Source of the DNA: Deinococcales bacterium
GTDB lineage: Bacteria > Deinococcota > Deinococci > Deinococcales > JAAFIG01
DNA: 64,000 nucleotides
Direction of reading: 5' to 3'
Assembly: GCA_031414595.1 (NCBI GenBank)
Contig: JANNVX010000109.1
Coordinates: forward strand, 22,791 to 86,790
In this document: in pieces, positions 50,213 to 60,120 of the stretch
How positions within the stretch are numbered: the first letter of the stretch is position 1
Layout: each line of letters starts with the position of its first letter
Program-made: the position numbers and the translations under genes
The notes under the pieces: model-generated
The model's database searches: none
Seen by the model: the letters and a program-made list of their open reading frames with translations, nothing else
Told to the model about the DNA's origin: nothing

Positions 50213-50268
50213 CGAGAAAAGAGGAAAGAGGAAAAAAAACTTGCCTTTCGCCTTTCGCCTTTCTCTTG
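50213..50268. repeat. Purine/pyrimidine heptamer-repeat element
   Basis: GAGAAAA GAGGAAA GAGGAAA ... TTTCGCC TTTCGCC TTTCTC. Confidence 0.7.
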
Positions 50269-50282
50269 CGCTATAGTAAAGC

Positions 50283-50810
50283 ATGAGCGATTCCCAAACC
50301 GCGATGCAGCAAGCCTATTTGGAACGTCTGGCTGTACCACTCGAGAAGACCACGCTGGGACAGGCTTTTAAGGCGCTGCTCGAGTATCACCGTGACCAAA
50401 AATACGCTTGGGCTTTAGCTGATGACCTAATGTTCACAATAGATATTGAACTGAGCGACCCTGAAAAAGCTGGTGGTCTTATGGGCTTTTTAGGCATGAC
50501 CAAACCCGGAGAGCCAACGGCGATTATTGTGGCACTCGAGCGGGCTTTGGATTCGATTAGTAACGATGACGAAGAAGTTGATGATGACGCGCCAGAGCGC
50601 TTTGAATCAATCATGCTTGAACTCGAGTACGACGTTGGTGTCTTGACAAGTAGCGAATTAGAAGACTTTTCGGGAACATACGAAGACAGCACTGATTACG
50701 AGACACTTGAAGAATTTGTCAAAGCTGTTCTCGAGAACAAAGCTTTTATGCGGCTTGCTTTACTGCCAGCCAACAGGGTGGAAATTGTTGCCGATAATGA
50801 AATTGTTTAA
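50283..50810 (+). CDS. Acidic hypothetical protein
   Basis: 175-aa ORF, host-like CTCGAG usage, D/E-rich. Confidence 0.75.
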   Translation: MSDSQTAMQQAYLERLAVPLEKTTLGQAFKALLEYHRDQKYAWALADDLMFTIDIELSDPEKAGGLMGFLGMTKPGEPTAIIVALERALDSISNDDEEVDDDAPERFESIMLELEYDVGVLTSSELEDFSGTYEDSTDYETLEEFVKAVLENKAFMRLALLPANRVEIVADNEIV

Positions 50811-50857
50811 CCCTACGTTCACCGTAAAATCATGATTGGCTGCTACATTAACACCAA

Positions 50858-50900
50858 GCAAGGCTCACTCCCCCTCCCAGATGTGAGCCTTGCCTCTTTT
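50858..50900 (+). terminator. Stem-loop with C-rich loop and T-rich tail
   Basis: GCAAGGCTCAC-TCCCCCTCCCAGAT-GTGAGCCTTGC-CTCTTTT. Confidence 0.65.
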
Positions 50901-50963
50901 ATAGGGTGTTCAAAGCCGAATTGGGTAATTGCAAGTCCATACAAATGTCTTTCTATGGCACGA

Positions 50964-51764
50964 TCACCTCATCTGTTCTAATCGGCGTTCGATTTCAGCC
51001 GATGTTTCCTCAACGGCTCGTCCGGTGACTTCAAGAACTGCGAAATGACCACGCTCGAAGAGGCTTTCAGCATACTCAAGTTCTTGCTGGATTTTTTGTG
51101 GATTGGCGTATTCTCCAATGCTTGAACCGAGATGCTTGAGACGATTGCGTCGAATCTCGAGCAATGCCAGAGCATCTATTCGCAATCCAAAAACCCGTTC
51201 TCGAGGCAGTGTCCAAAGTTGGGCTGGTGGTTTGATGCCTAAAACAATTGGTAAATTAGCCACTTTGTAGCCGCGACCTGCAAGATAAATCGAGAGTGGT
51301 GTTTTGCTGGCTCGTGAAACACCAAGCAGCATTATATCAGCTTCTTTCATGCGTTCTGGGAATCGTCCGTCATCCATGGTGACAGCAAACTCCATGGCTT
51401 CGACCCGACGAAAGTAATGTTGATCTAAACGGTGATGTTCTCGCGGTTTTTCATTGGGAGTTAATTGCCATTGTTGCGAAAGAACCTTGACCACATAACC
51501 AAGTAAATCTAGTGAGACAAGGTTAAGGGCATGACTTTGAAGTTCAAGCTCTTCGGCAAGTTTTCGATCTCCAATGGTGTATAACACCTGCCCTTCGAGT
51601 TGTTTGGCTTTTTGCATGGCTTCACTCAGGATAGAAGGATTGATTTCTGAGTAACGATGAAAAACCAATTCTGCTGGTTGCAAGGGTAATTGGGCAAGCG
51701 CGGCTCGAGCCAATGTTTCGGCACTCAGTCCGCTACCATCGGAAATGATAAAGAGGTGCTTCAT
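50964..51764 (-). CDS. PPDK/PEPS regulatory kinase-pyrophosphorylase (DUF299)
   Basis: ISDGSGLSAE, YFRRVEAMEFAV..DDG, GVSRASKTPLSIYLA, RAVEETS. Confidence 0.93.
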   Translation of the reverse strand: MKHLFIISDGSGLSAETLARAALAQLPLQPAELVFHRYSEINPSILSEAMQKAKQLEGQVLYTIGDRKLAEELELQSHALNLVSLDLLGYVVKVLSQQWQLTPNEKPREHHRLDQHYFRRVEAMEFAVTMDDGRFPERMKEADIMLLGVSRASKTPLSIYLAGRGYKVANLPIVLGIKPPAQLWTLPRERVFGLRIDALALLEIRRNRLKHLGSSIGEYANPQKIQQELEYAESLFERGHFAVLEVTGRAVEETSAEIERRLEQMR

Positions 51765-54379
51765 TTTTTTAAGGCGGCATGAGCGGCACTTAATCGAGCG
51801 ATAGGGATGCGAAAAGGGCTACATGAAACATAATCCAATCCAAGTTGATGAAAATAATTGATTGAAGCTGGGTCGCCGCCATGTTCGCCACAAACCCCTA
51901 TTTTGAGGTCGGCTCGCGCCTTTAAGCCTGCTTGAGTCGCCTGTTCGACCAATTGACCAACCCCAGCAGTATCAAGTGTGGCAAAGGGGTCGTCTTCGAG
52001 TACCCCCATTTCGAGGTAGCGGCTGAGGAATTTTCCTTGGGCATCGTCTCTCGAGAACCCCAAGGTCATCTGGGTTAAATCATTTGTGCCAAAACTAAAG
52101 AAATCTGCCTGAGTTGCAAGTTGATCGGCGATTAAACAAGCTCGCGGAATTTCAATCATTGTCCCAATAGGAATATCTAATTCGATCTTTTGTTCATCAA
52201 AAACCTGCTCGAGTACCTTTTTGATTAAGGCTCGGGTTTGGCTGAGTTCTGAGGTTAAGCCAACCAAGGGAATCATAATTTCTGGACGTGGATGCTTTCC
52301 TTTTTTCTGTAAGTCACAGGCAGCCTCAGCAATGGCTCTGACCTGCATTTCTAGAATTGCTGGACGGGTTAAGAGTAATCGCACCCCACGCAGTCCCATC
52401 ATTGGGTTGGTTTCATGCAATTGCCTGACTCGAGCCAGAACATCTTGATTTTGGCTAGGGGCTTCATTTTTGGATTGTTGCAAGGCAACTTCGACCGCCA
52501 ATGTCTCGAGGACTGGTAAAAATTCGTGCAATGGTGGATCGAGTAAACGCACCGTCACGGGTAAATCATCCATTGCCAAAAAAATCCCCTGAAAATCGTT
52601 GCGCTGCATCTCGAGTAAGTGCGACAGGGCTTCTTGTTCTTTTTTAATGTCTTGGGTCATGATCATTTGGCGAACCCATGGTAGGCGCTGGTCGCCAAAA
52701 AACATATGTTCTGTGCGGCATAATCCAATCCCTTCTGCGCCAAATTGTCTGGCTCGAGTGGCATCTTTGGGGGTATCAGCATTGGCTCGAATTTTTAAGC
52801 GTCTTTGGGCATCTGCCCATAACAGCAATTGTTCAAGTTCTGGGCTGGCTTGACTTGCCTCAACTGCAACTTCACCCAAGAAAACTTGTCCACTTGCCCC
52901 GTCCAAGGTCAGGATTTCTCCAGCCAGAACCCGAGTATCTCCGACTTGAAGCCAACCTTCAAGTGGATTGACCCGCATCGTTTCTGCCCCGACCACGGCT
53001 GGCTTTCCCATGCCTCGAGCCACGACCGCCGCATGAGAGGTCATACCACCACGGGCGGTTAGAATTCCAACCGCAGCGTTCATTCCAGCAATGTCTTCGG
53101 GACTGGTTTCGGTAGTGACCAACAAGACTTTTTTGTATTTGGCTTCTTCTAAAGCAGCTTCAGAAGAAAATACCACCGCCCCAGAAACTGCCCCGGGGCT
53201 GGCAGGTAAACCTTTGGTCAGTAAGGTGGCTTGGTGATGGCTGATGAGCCGAGGGTGTAGAACCTGCTCGAGCATTGAGGGTGTAAAGCGCTCAATCGCT
53301 TGTTGACGCGAAATCAATCCTTCAAGCGCCAAGTCAATAGCGACTTTAGCGGCGGCTAAAGATGTCCTTTTTGCTCCACGGGTTTGTAACAAAAATAATT
53401 TGCCTTGCTCGACCGTAAATTCAAAATCCTGCATGTCTTGATAATGACGCTCTAATAACCGCACGGTTTCTACCAATTGAGAATGCACATCAGGCAACCG
53501 ACGCTCAAGGGCTTCTAGTGGTTCAGGGGTGCGGATTCCTGCAACCACATCCTCACCTTGGGCTTGAAATAAGAACTCTCCAAAAATTTTGTTTTCACCT
53601 GTGTTTGGGTCTCGAGTGAAACCCACGCCCGTACCAGAAGTCTGTCCCAAATTGCCAAATACCATTTCTTGAACAGTCACAGCAGTTCCTAGGTTATCTG
53701 GAATGCTGTTCAATTGACGGTATGTGACCGCCCGGCGATTATTCCAAGAGGCAAAAACTGCCCGAACCGCATTTTCGAGTTGAACCATTGGGTCTTCAGG
53801 AAATTGATCGCCCTGCTCGAGATACAGCGATTTGAAACGTCTTGTTAATTGCTCGAGATCAAAAGCATTTAAGTCAAGGTCATTGCTGGCTTGGCGCTCT
53901 TCTTTAAGTCTATCCATCAAATGATCAAAACGATGTTTTGGTATACCTTGTACCACATCTCCGTAAAGGGCAATAAAACGACGGTAACTGTCCCATGCAA
54001 AGCGTGGATTATTGGTTTCATCCGCCAATGCTTGGGTTGTTTGGTCGTTCAAACCAAGATTGAGTAGCGTATCCATCATCCCGGGCATTGAGAATTTTGC
54101 CCCAGAGCGAACACTGACCAAAAGCGGGTTTTGTAAACCACCAAAAACCTTTTTGCTGGTTTGCTCAAGCCAACCGATATGGGTCAATACTTCATCCCAC
54201 AGTTGAACTGGTAGGGTTTTATGCGTAAGGAAATCTAGACAGGCAGGGGTGCTGATGATAAACCCGTTTGGTACAGGTAAGCCAAGGTGCATCATTTCGC
54301 TTAATCCTGCACCTTTTCCACCAAGTAGCTCTTTTCCTAATCCGTGGGCAGCTTCAAAATGATATACTAATGGATTCAT
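51761..54379 (-). CDS. ppdK: Pyruvate, phosphate dikinase
   Basis: LGGKGAGL, VRSGA..SMPGMMDT, GGMTSHAAVVARG, GLCRTEHMF, SFGTNDLTQ, CGEHGG. Confidence 0.97.
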   Translation of the reverse strand: MNPLVYHFEAAHGLGKELLGGKGAGLSEMMHLGLPVPNGFIISTPACLDFLTHKTLPVQLWDEVLTHIGWLEQTSKKVFGGLQNPLLVSVRSGAKFSMPGMMDTLLNLGLNDQTTQALADETNNPRFAWDSYRRFIALYGDVVQGIPKHRFDHLMDRLKEERQASNDLDLNAFDLEQLTRRFKSLYLEQGDQFPEDPMVQLENAVRAVFASWNNRRAVTYRQLNSIPDNLGTAVTVQEMVFGNLGQTSGTGVGFTRDPNTGENKIFGEFLFQAQGEDVVAGIRTPEPLEALERRLPDVHSQLVETVRLLERHYQDMQDFEFTVEQGKLFLLQTRGAKRTSLAAAKVAIDLALEGLISRQQAIERFTPSMLEQVLHPRLISHHQATLLTKGLPASPGAVSGAVVFSSEAALEEAKYKKVLLVTTETSPEDIAGMNAAVGILTARGGMTSHAAVVARGMGKPAVVGAETMRVNPLEGWLQVGDTRVLAGEILTLDGASGQVFLGEVAVEASQASPELEQLLLWADAQRRLKIRANADTPKDATRARQFGAEGIGLCRTEHMFFGDQRLPWVRQMIMTQDIKKEQEALSHLLEMQRNDFQGIFLAMDDLPVTVRLLDPPLHEFLPVLETLAVEVALQQSKNEAPSQNQDVLARVRQLHETNPMMGLRGVRLLLTRPAILEMQVRAIAEAACDLQKKGKHPRPEIMIPLVGLTSELSQTRALIKKVLEQVFDEQKIELDIPIGTMIEIPRACLIADQLATQADFFSFGTNDLTQMTLGFSRDDAQGKFLSRYLEMGVLEDDPFATLDTAGVGQLVEQATQAGLKARADLKIGVCGEHGGDPASINYFHQLGLDYVSCSPFRIPIARLSAAHAALKK

Positions 54380-54531
54380 AAATCAACCTCTGATGTGCTA
54401 TGGATAGTCTGACACGATGTTGAGTGGTTAAAGTCAGTTCAAAATAAACCACAGTCGGGTTCTCGAGTAATCGCTACCAACACGCCAAAATTCTGTGTAC
54501 TATTTTCCTCCTGAGTAGTCACCTCCCTTTT

Positions 54532-55638
54532 TTACAAGGTGCTTTCTGGACTAACGCTCTCGAGTTCAAATTCATCGGCAACTGCTTTATAAGTCAGTTT
54601 GCCATTGCGGGTGTTTAAGCCTTTCATCAGGGCTGGGTCTTGTTTTAATGCCTCAAGACCCTTATCAGCTAAACGCAGTGCATAGCCAATGGTTTGATTG
54701 GTCAGGGCAAAGGTGCTGGTGCGTGGCACGCTGCCCGGCATATTTGCCACACCATAATGCACCACACCATCCACCACATAGGTTGGGTCGTCGTGGGTAG
54801 TTGCATGGATGGTTTCAACACAACCACCTTGGTCTACCGCAACATCCACAATCACACTGCCTTCTGGCATTGAGGACAGCATATCTTTAGTAATCAAATG
54901 CGGCGCTTTTGCACCCGGAATTAAAACACCACCAATCACCAGGTCGGCACTGCGAATCACATCGCGGATATTACTTTCATTGCTTGCCATGGTTTGAATC
55001 CGCCCACCAAAAATATCATCTAAGTACGCCAAACGCCGGTGCGAAACATCCATGATAATCACTCGAGCGCCCATGCCGACCGCAATTTTAGCTGAGTTTG
55101 TGCCAACTACACCGCCACCAATAATCACCACACGCCCCGGAATCACGCCCGGAACACCCCCAAGCAGCACACCACGCCCACCATTGGGTTTAAGTAAACA
55201 CGCCGCACCAACTTGTGGGGCAAGACGACCCGCTACCTCGGACATCGGCGTTAAAAGCGGCAAACTGCCATCTTCAACTTGGACTGTTTCGTAGGCAATC
55301 GCGGTTGTGCCAGCCCGTAAGAGCGCATCGGTTAAATGACGTTCGGCAGCCAAATGTAAATAGGTAAACAGCAGTAAGTCTTCGCGCAAAAAACCGTACT
55401 CGGATTCAATCGGCTCTTTGACTTTAACCACCATCTGTGCCGCCCACGCTTCGGATGCGCTCGAGACCAGTTTCGCCCCAGCCCGTTCATACTCGAGGTC
55501 GGTGATACCACTGCCAATCCCAGCCCCTGTTTGTACCATGACACTGTGACCACGTTTGACCAAGGCAGTCACCCCTGCCGCCGTCATCGAAACCCGATTT
55601 TCTTTGACTTTTACTTCTTTAGGAACACCAATCAACAT
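54532..55638 (-). CDS. ald: Alanine dehydrogenase
   Basis: [40 protein letters not shown]. Confidence 0.97.
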   Translation of the reverse strand: MLIGVPKEVKVKENRVSMTAAGVTALVKRGHSVMVQTGAGIGSGITDLEYERAGAKLVSSASEAWAAQMVVKVKEPIESEYGFLREDLLLFTYLHLAAERHLTDALLRAGTTAIAYETVQVEDGSLPLLTPMSEVAGRLAPQVGAACLLKPNGGRGVLLGGVPGVIPGRVVIIGGGVVGTNSAKIAVGMGARVIIMDVSHRRLAYLDDIFGGRIQTMASNESNIRDVIRSADLVIGGVLIPGAKAPHLITKDMLSSMPEGSVIVDVAVDQGGCVETIHATTHDDPTYVVDGVVHYGVANMPGSVPRTSTFALTNQTIGYALRLADKGLEALKQDPALMKGLNTRNGKLTYKAVADEFELESVSPESTL

Positions 55639-55808
55639 AAAAACTCCTTTGGATAGAATAACGGTGACAAGGTGACAAAAAATCTACCTTTAACTTGACC
55701 CGCTTTAATTCTTGAAGGTTTATGATAGTCAATATAACTTGGCTCGAGAAGAAGTTTTATAAGCCATAATCCGAACTTACTTTATGTTTATTAGGTTAAA
55801 ATGACCAA

Positions 55809-56258
55809 ATGGTTCATGAACTTCTTGATTCTTATAATTGCCAAATTCTCGAGCATTTACAACACCAAGGACGGGTCAGTTATAACGAATTGGCAAGGCG
55901 GGTTGGCTTAAGTACCCCCACCATTATTGAACGAATTCGTAAACTCGAGGATGCTGGGATAATTCAAGGGTTTACAGTGCGGCTTGACCTTGAAAAACTT
56001 GGCTATAATGCAATGGCGTTAATCGAAGTCAAAACCAATCCAACCAGTCACCCTAAAGTGCTTGAATTTGCCAGTCAGCAGAAAGAGATTCGTGAATGTT
56101 ACTTTGTGACGGGCGACTCGAGTTTTGTGGCACGGGTGATTATGCAAGACATCTCTGAGCTTCAAAGTTGGATACAGCGCTTCGGCATGTTTGGCGCAAC
56201 CCGCACCAGTGTGGTTTTAAGTAAACCAATCATCAAAGAGATGTTTGCGTTACGCTAA
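55809..56258 (+). CDS. Lrp/AsnC family regulator, divergent from ald
   Basis: ELARRVGLS..ERIRKLEDAGII, CYFVTGD. Confidence 0.93.
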   Translation: MVHELLDSYNCQILEHLQHQGRVSYNELARRVGLSTPTIIERIRKLEDAGIIQGFTVRLDLEKLGYNAMALIEVKTNPTSHPKVLEFASQQKEIRECYFVTGDSSFVARVIMQDISELQSWIQRFGMFGATRTSVVLSKPIIKEMFALR

Positions 56259-56289
56259 TTGTCTCATTAAAAAACCGTAAGCTCGAGAC

Positions 56290-57810
56290 ATGCGTTTTTT
56301 GAGTGGTCTTATTTTATTGGTTTTGGTACTCCTTGGCTCGAGTTTGGCTCAACCTCCCATCGCCCAGGGTATGCAGCCCCGAGTTGGCACACCACAACTG
56401 CGTGGGCTTTGGGTAGATGCCTTTGGCGCAGGGTTTAAGACTCAAAAAGAAGTCGATGACCTAATTCTGTATGCCCAGCGTCTAAAACTCAATGCGCTTT
56501 TTGTACAAGTTGGTCGTCGTATGGATTGCTTTTGTAACCGCTCGAGTGTGCCGCGCAGCAGCGACCCGAAACTGGCTAAGAATTTTGACCCTTTAGAGGC
56601 AATTATTAAAAAAGCTAAACCACTGGGGATTCAAATTCATGCTTGGATTATCACGACTGCCGCCTTTAACACCTCCGAACCGTATTTTTCGAGCAACCAT
56701 GTGATGGCAACCCACGGACGCAGCAGCACCGACCCTTGGATGACCTTGAATACCTCTGGCTCGAGTCGAGCAGGCAAAGACGAAATTCTTGATGTGGCAC
56801 ATCCTGCTGCCGCCGAGTATATTGCCCAGTTTTATATTTCAATCTTAGAGAATTACGATATTGACGGAATTCAATTTGATCGGGTGCGCTACCCAGACAG
56901 TGCCGACCCGCAATTCCGACCTGTTTGGGGCTATAACCCGACCAGCCTAAACCGCTTTCGGCTCGAGACGGGACGCACTGACACGCCTGTGCCTTTAGAT
57001 GCACAGTGGGTTGAATGGCGGCGCGAGCAACTGACCCATTTGGTGCGCCGCATTTACTTAGAAGCCAAAATTCGTAAACCCAAACTCTGGGTCAGTGCTG
57101 CCACGATTACCTACCGCGCTGCACCACGGACTGTCGAAGAATTTAAGCTCACCCGAACTTACAGCGAAGTGCTGCAAGACTGGGTTGGTTGGACTGCCGA
57201 AGGAATTTTAGACCTGAATATCCCAATGAATTACAAACGCGAATACGATGCTGTGCAACAAAAAGAATTTGATGGCTGGAATAATTTTGCCGCCAAAACC
57301 AAAGAGAATGCTTTGGTTGCGACTGGGGCTGGGATTTTTGTCAACAGCTTGCAAGATTCTAAAAAACAGTACGCTCGAGCCATTGCCACCCAAGGGATAA
57401 GCGGTTGGATTGGCTACAGTTACCGCACTGCCGATTTGGAGGTGCTAAATGCCAAAAAAAGCGAGAACAACGGCAAAATAGATTTTCAAAAAGCCTTCTC
57501 GAGCCTATTCTCGAGTGCGGTCAGTTGGGGACAACCCAATAGTAATTTACTCTCGGGGATTTTAGGGCGGGTGGTTAAAAACGGCAACCCAGTCACAAAT
57601 GCCGAACTTGAAGTACGCAGTACCGATGGCTCGAGTATCTTATTGCAAACCGATGCCAATGGCTATTACGGTAGTCCACGGCTTCCCGAAGGACAACTGA
57701 GCATCGGTATCTTAGAGCGCAGCGCCAACAGTGTGACCGTCTCGAGCAGCTTTGATGTAATGGTCACTCGGGGTGTGGTACAGCGCTTACCAGACTTACA
57801 AATTCAGTAA
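56290..57810 (+). CDS. GHL10 (YddW/DigH-like) glycoside hydrolase-like protein with signal peptide
   Basis: LRGLWV, NALFVQV, FDPL, IHAW, YDIDGIQFDRVRYP, WRREQ, PMNY. Confidence 0.85.
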   Translation: MRFLSGLILLVLVLLGSSLAQPPIAQGMQPRVGTPQLRGLWVDAFGAGFKTQKEVDDLILYAQRLKLNALFVQVGRRMDCFCNRSSVPRSSDPKLAKNFDPLEAIIKKAKPLGIQIHAWIITTAAFNTSEPYFSSNHVMATHGRSSTDPWMTLNTSGSSRAGKDEILDVAHPAAAEYIAQFYISILENYDIDGIQFDRVRYPDSADPQFRPVWGYNPTSLNRFRLETGRTDTPVPLDAQWVEWRREQLTHLVRRIYLEAKIRKPKLWVSAATITYRAAPRTVEEFKLTRTYSEVLQDWVGWTAEGILDLNIPMNYKREYDAVQQKEFDGWNNFAAKTKENALVATGAGIFVNSLQDSKKQYARAIATQGISGWIGYSYRTADLEVLNAKKSENNGKIDFQKAFSSLFSSAVSWGQPNSNLLSGILGRVVKNGNPVTNAELEVRSTDGSSILLQTDANGYYGSPRLPEGQLSIGILERSANSVTVSSSFDVMVTRGVVQRLPDLQIQ

Positions 57811-57897
57811 AGGCTTTTAACCACTGCTGTGACCCGAATGTCACTGCAATGGATTGCAGTCTGTGTTAATTTAAGTTACACCAACGTCGGAGGCAAC

Positions 57898-58977
57898 ATG
57901 ACCACCATTCATTTGTATAAGCAGTCATTTTCACCAACCACACAGGTACTGCTTGAGACCCCAGATTTTACGGTTAAAACCTTTGTTTACCCAAGTGGGG
58001 TTCAGGCTGTTCGGCTCGAGAATCGTGTTGGTCATTTAATGATGCTGCCTTTTCAGGGACAACAAATTTGGGATGCGGTTTTTTTTGACCGTTGCTTAAC
58101 CATGAAATCCATGTTTGACGACCCAAAACCGACACTGGCGTACTTAGAAAATTATGGTGGTTTGTTGCTGCATTGTGGTGTGAGCGCCATGGGTGTACCA
58201 TCGGCAACCGATACCCACCCGTTGCATGGTGAATTGCCCAATGCCCCATTTCAGACTGCTTCTTTACAACTCAGCGCAGATGAAAACGGCGCGTACATCG
58301 CCTTAAGTGGAACGTACCGCCACACAATTGCTTTTGCCCATAATTACATTGCCACCCCAGAGGTTCGCTTGTATGCCAACTCGAGCCGTGTGGCAGTTTT
58401 TTTAAGCATTGAAAATCTAAAAAACAGTCCGATGGATTTAATGTACTTGGCGCATTTGAATTTTCGCCCTGTCAATGAAGCCCAAATTGTCTACAGTGCC
58501 AAAGTCTCGCCGCAAACTGTGCGAATACGCGACAGTATCCCCGCCCATGCCCAGATTTCCGACCAAGCCTTAGCGCAAATCGAGCAGTTAAAACAACACC
58601 CAGAATTGCACCACACCCTGACAACTGGAATCAGTTACGACCCCGAAGTGGTCTTTTTTATTGACTACTTGGCAGACCAAACCGGTTGGGCGCACAGTTT
58701 ACAAATTCATCCAGATGGCAGTGCCGACTATGTGAGCCACCGCCCCAGCCAGTTACCAGTGGGGGTGCGCTGGATTACCCGCACGCCAGACCAAGACGGC
58801 TTGGGTTTGGTCTTACCCGCCACCTCTGAACCGACTGGATACAGCCTTGAGAAAGCGGCTGGACGGGTGGTTAGTCTTGCACCTCGAGCCAGTTGGCGAT
58901 GCGAATACCAGTTTTGTGTTCTCGAGCCAAGTCAAACCCAAGTGGTTAAGCAGCAAATCCAAGCGATACTGACTTGA
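57898..58977 (+). CDS. Aldose 1-epimerase family (DUF4432) protein
   Basis: LPFQGQQIWDA, HCG..AMG.P..DTHPLHGELP, YLAHLNF, LPATSEP.G; ATG at 57898 after GGAGG. Confidence 0.85.
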   Translation: MTTIHLYKQSFSPTTQVLLETPDFTVKTFVYPSGVQAVRLENRVGHLMMLPFQGQQIWDAVFFDRCLTMKSMFDDPKPTLAYLENYGGLLLHCGVSAMGVPSATDTHPLHGELPNAPFQTASLQLSADENGAYIALSGTYRHTIAFAHNYIATPEVRLYANSSRVAVFLSIENLKNSPMDLMYLAHLNFRPVNEAQIVYSAKVSPQTVRIRDSIPAHAQISDQALAQIEQLKQHPELHHTLTTGISYDPEVVFFIDYLADQTGWAHSLQIHPDGSADYVSHRPSQLPVGVRWITRTPDQDGLGLVLPATSEPTGYSLEKAAGRVVSLAPRASWRCEYQFCVLEPSQTQVVKQQIQAILT

Positions 58978-59019
58978 TTCTCGTCAAACCCATGTCATTT
59001 GATGTTAAACTCGTTACGG

Positions 59020-60045
59020 ATGCAACGTAATTTACACCTCACCTTAGAGCCTTGGAGTCCAGAATACGACACCAGTCTTCATGCCGACCCCAATCAGGCA
59101 AAAGCCATTGAAGATGTCGAACTCGAAGTTGAATTTAGTGTTTGGGGCAAGGTACGCCCCGCCGATTACCGTGTGGATTTTAGTCAATTGTACTTTATAG
59201 ATGGTCGGCGCAGACTCGAGGGGCGAGTCTGGAATACCCTCGATGGTGGAATTATCGCCCCCGGACTGCTTGGCACTCTGGCAGTCGGGGCAGTCACCAC
59301 CAAACACGACACCCTCACCCCAGCCAGAGTCGTGGACAGGGTTCTCGAGCGAATCCTAATTTTATCGGGCGGCACTGGACAAGACTTAATCATCGAAAAT
59401 AGAGGGCATGAATACGGGCGGCTCGAGTACCGCTACGAAGCCTTAAACGAAACCCAGAACTTAGAAAATGCGCTGATGCAACGCTTGCAATTTTTAATGC
59501 GCGATGCCGAAGACAAATTGGCGGGTGGCTTGCCGCTCGAGGATGCGCTGCTGATTTTGGATGGTCCGCTACAACGCCGCGCCCCAGACCGCAGCATGGG
59601 CTATGTTAAAACGCTACATACTTTGTACGTGTCTGGACAAGAACTTGAGGTTCTGCGTCAACTCGAGAAAGGCGAACGCACCCCAGTATTCCGCATTGGC
59701 AGCCGAATTTTGCCACGTTACTCTTGGTATATCCGTCTCGAGAACACCCCCGAGTACATCCAACCTTTTGCGGGTTTGGTTCGCCTTGAAGTGCGCGATG
59801 TGATGGGTCTCGAGTGGGCAAAAAGTATTGCTGATTGGAGTTGTCGTGTTCTACCGCGCTACAGTGCCAAAGCCTTTAGAGACCCTCGAGCGCCACAACA
59901 ACTGATGCCGATTGCTTTTTTGGAATCTGATTTGGGAAGAAGAATGGGTGACATGAGCATCATTCGGCGCAGGATTCAGGCGCATTTAAGAAGTTTGAAC
60001 ACTCGAGAAGCGGAAATTTTAGAACCGCAAACGAACACGAATTAA
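59020..60045 (+). CDS. nurA: NurA family 5'-3' nuclease
   Basis: FIDGRRR, LDGPL, GYVKT, GERTP, DPRAPQQL.PI..LE; upstream of herA. Confidence 0.88.
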   Translation: MQRNLHLTLEPWSPEYDTSLHADPNQAKAIEDVELEVEFSVWGKVRPADYRVDFSQLYFIDGRRRLEGRVWNTLDGGIIAPGLLGTLAVGAVTTKHDTLTPARVVDRVLERILILSGGTGQDLIIENRGHEYGRLEYRYEALNETQNLENALMQRLQFLMRDAEDKLAGGLPLEDALLILDGPLQRRAPDRSMGYVKTLHTLYVSGQELEVLRQLEKGERTPVFRIGSRILPRYSWYIRLENTPEYIQPFAGLVRLEVRDVMGLEWAKSIADWSCRVLPRYSAKAFRDPRAPQQLMPIAFLESDLGRRMGDMSIIRRRIQAHLRSLNTREAEILEPQTNTN

Positions 60046-60047
60046 CC

Positions 60048-60073
60048 CGTAGGGGCGAGGCATGCCTCGCCCC
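60048..60073 (+). repeat. GTAG-type REP, intergenic
   Basis: CGTAGGGGCGAGGCATGCCTCGCCCC. Confidence 0.85.
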
Positions 60074-60120
60074 AACGATTCCCGTCATTAAAATAACCTC
60101 CCACGCACTCCCCCCGCCTT

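Noticed and set aside
55821-55832. CTTCTTGATT resembling the mini-element start (also TCAAGAAG at 13431)
   Set aside because: No GCACC/GGGC core or closing stem follows.
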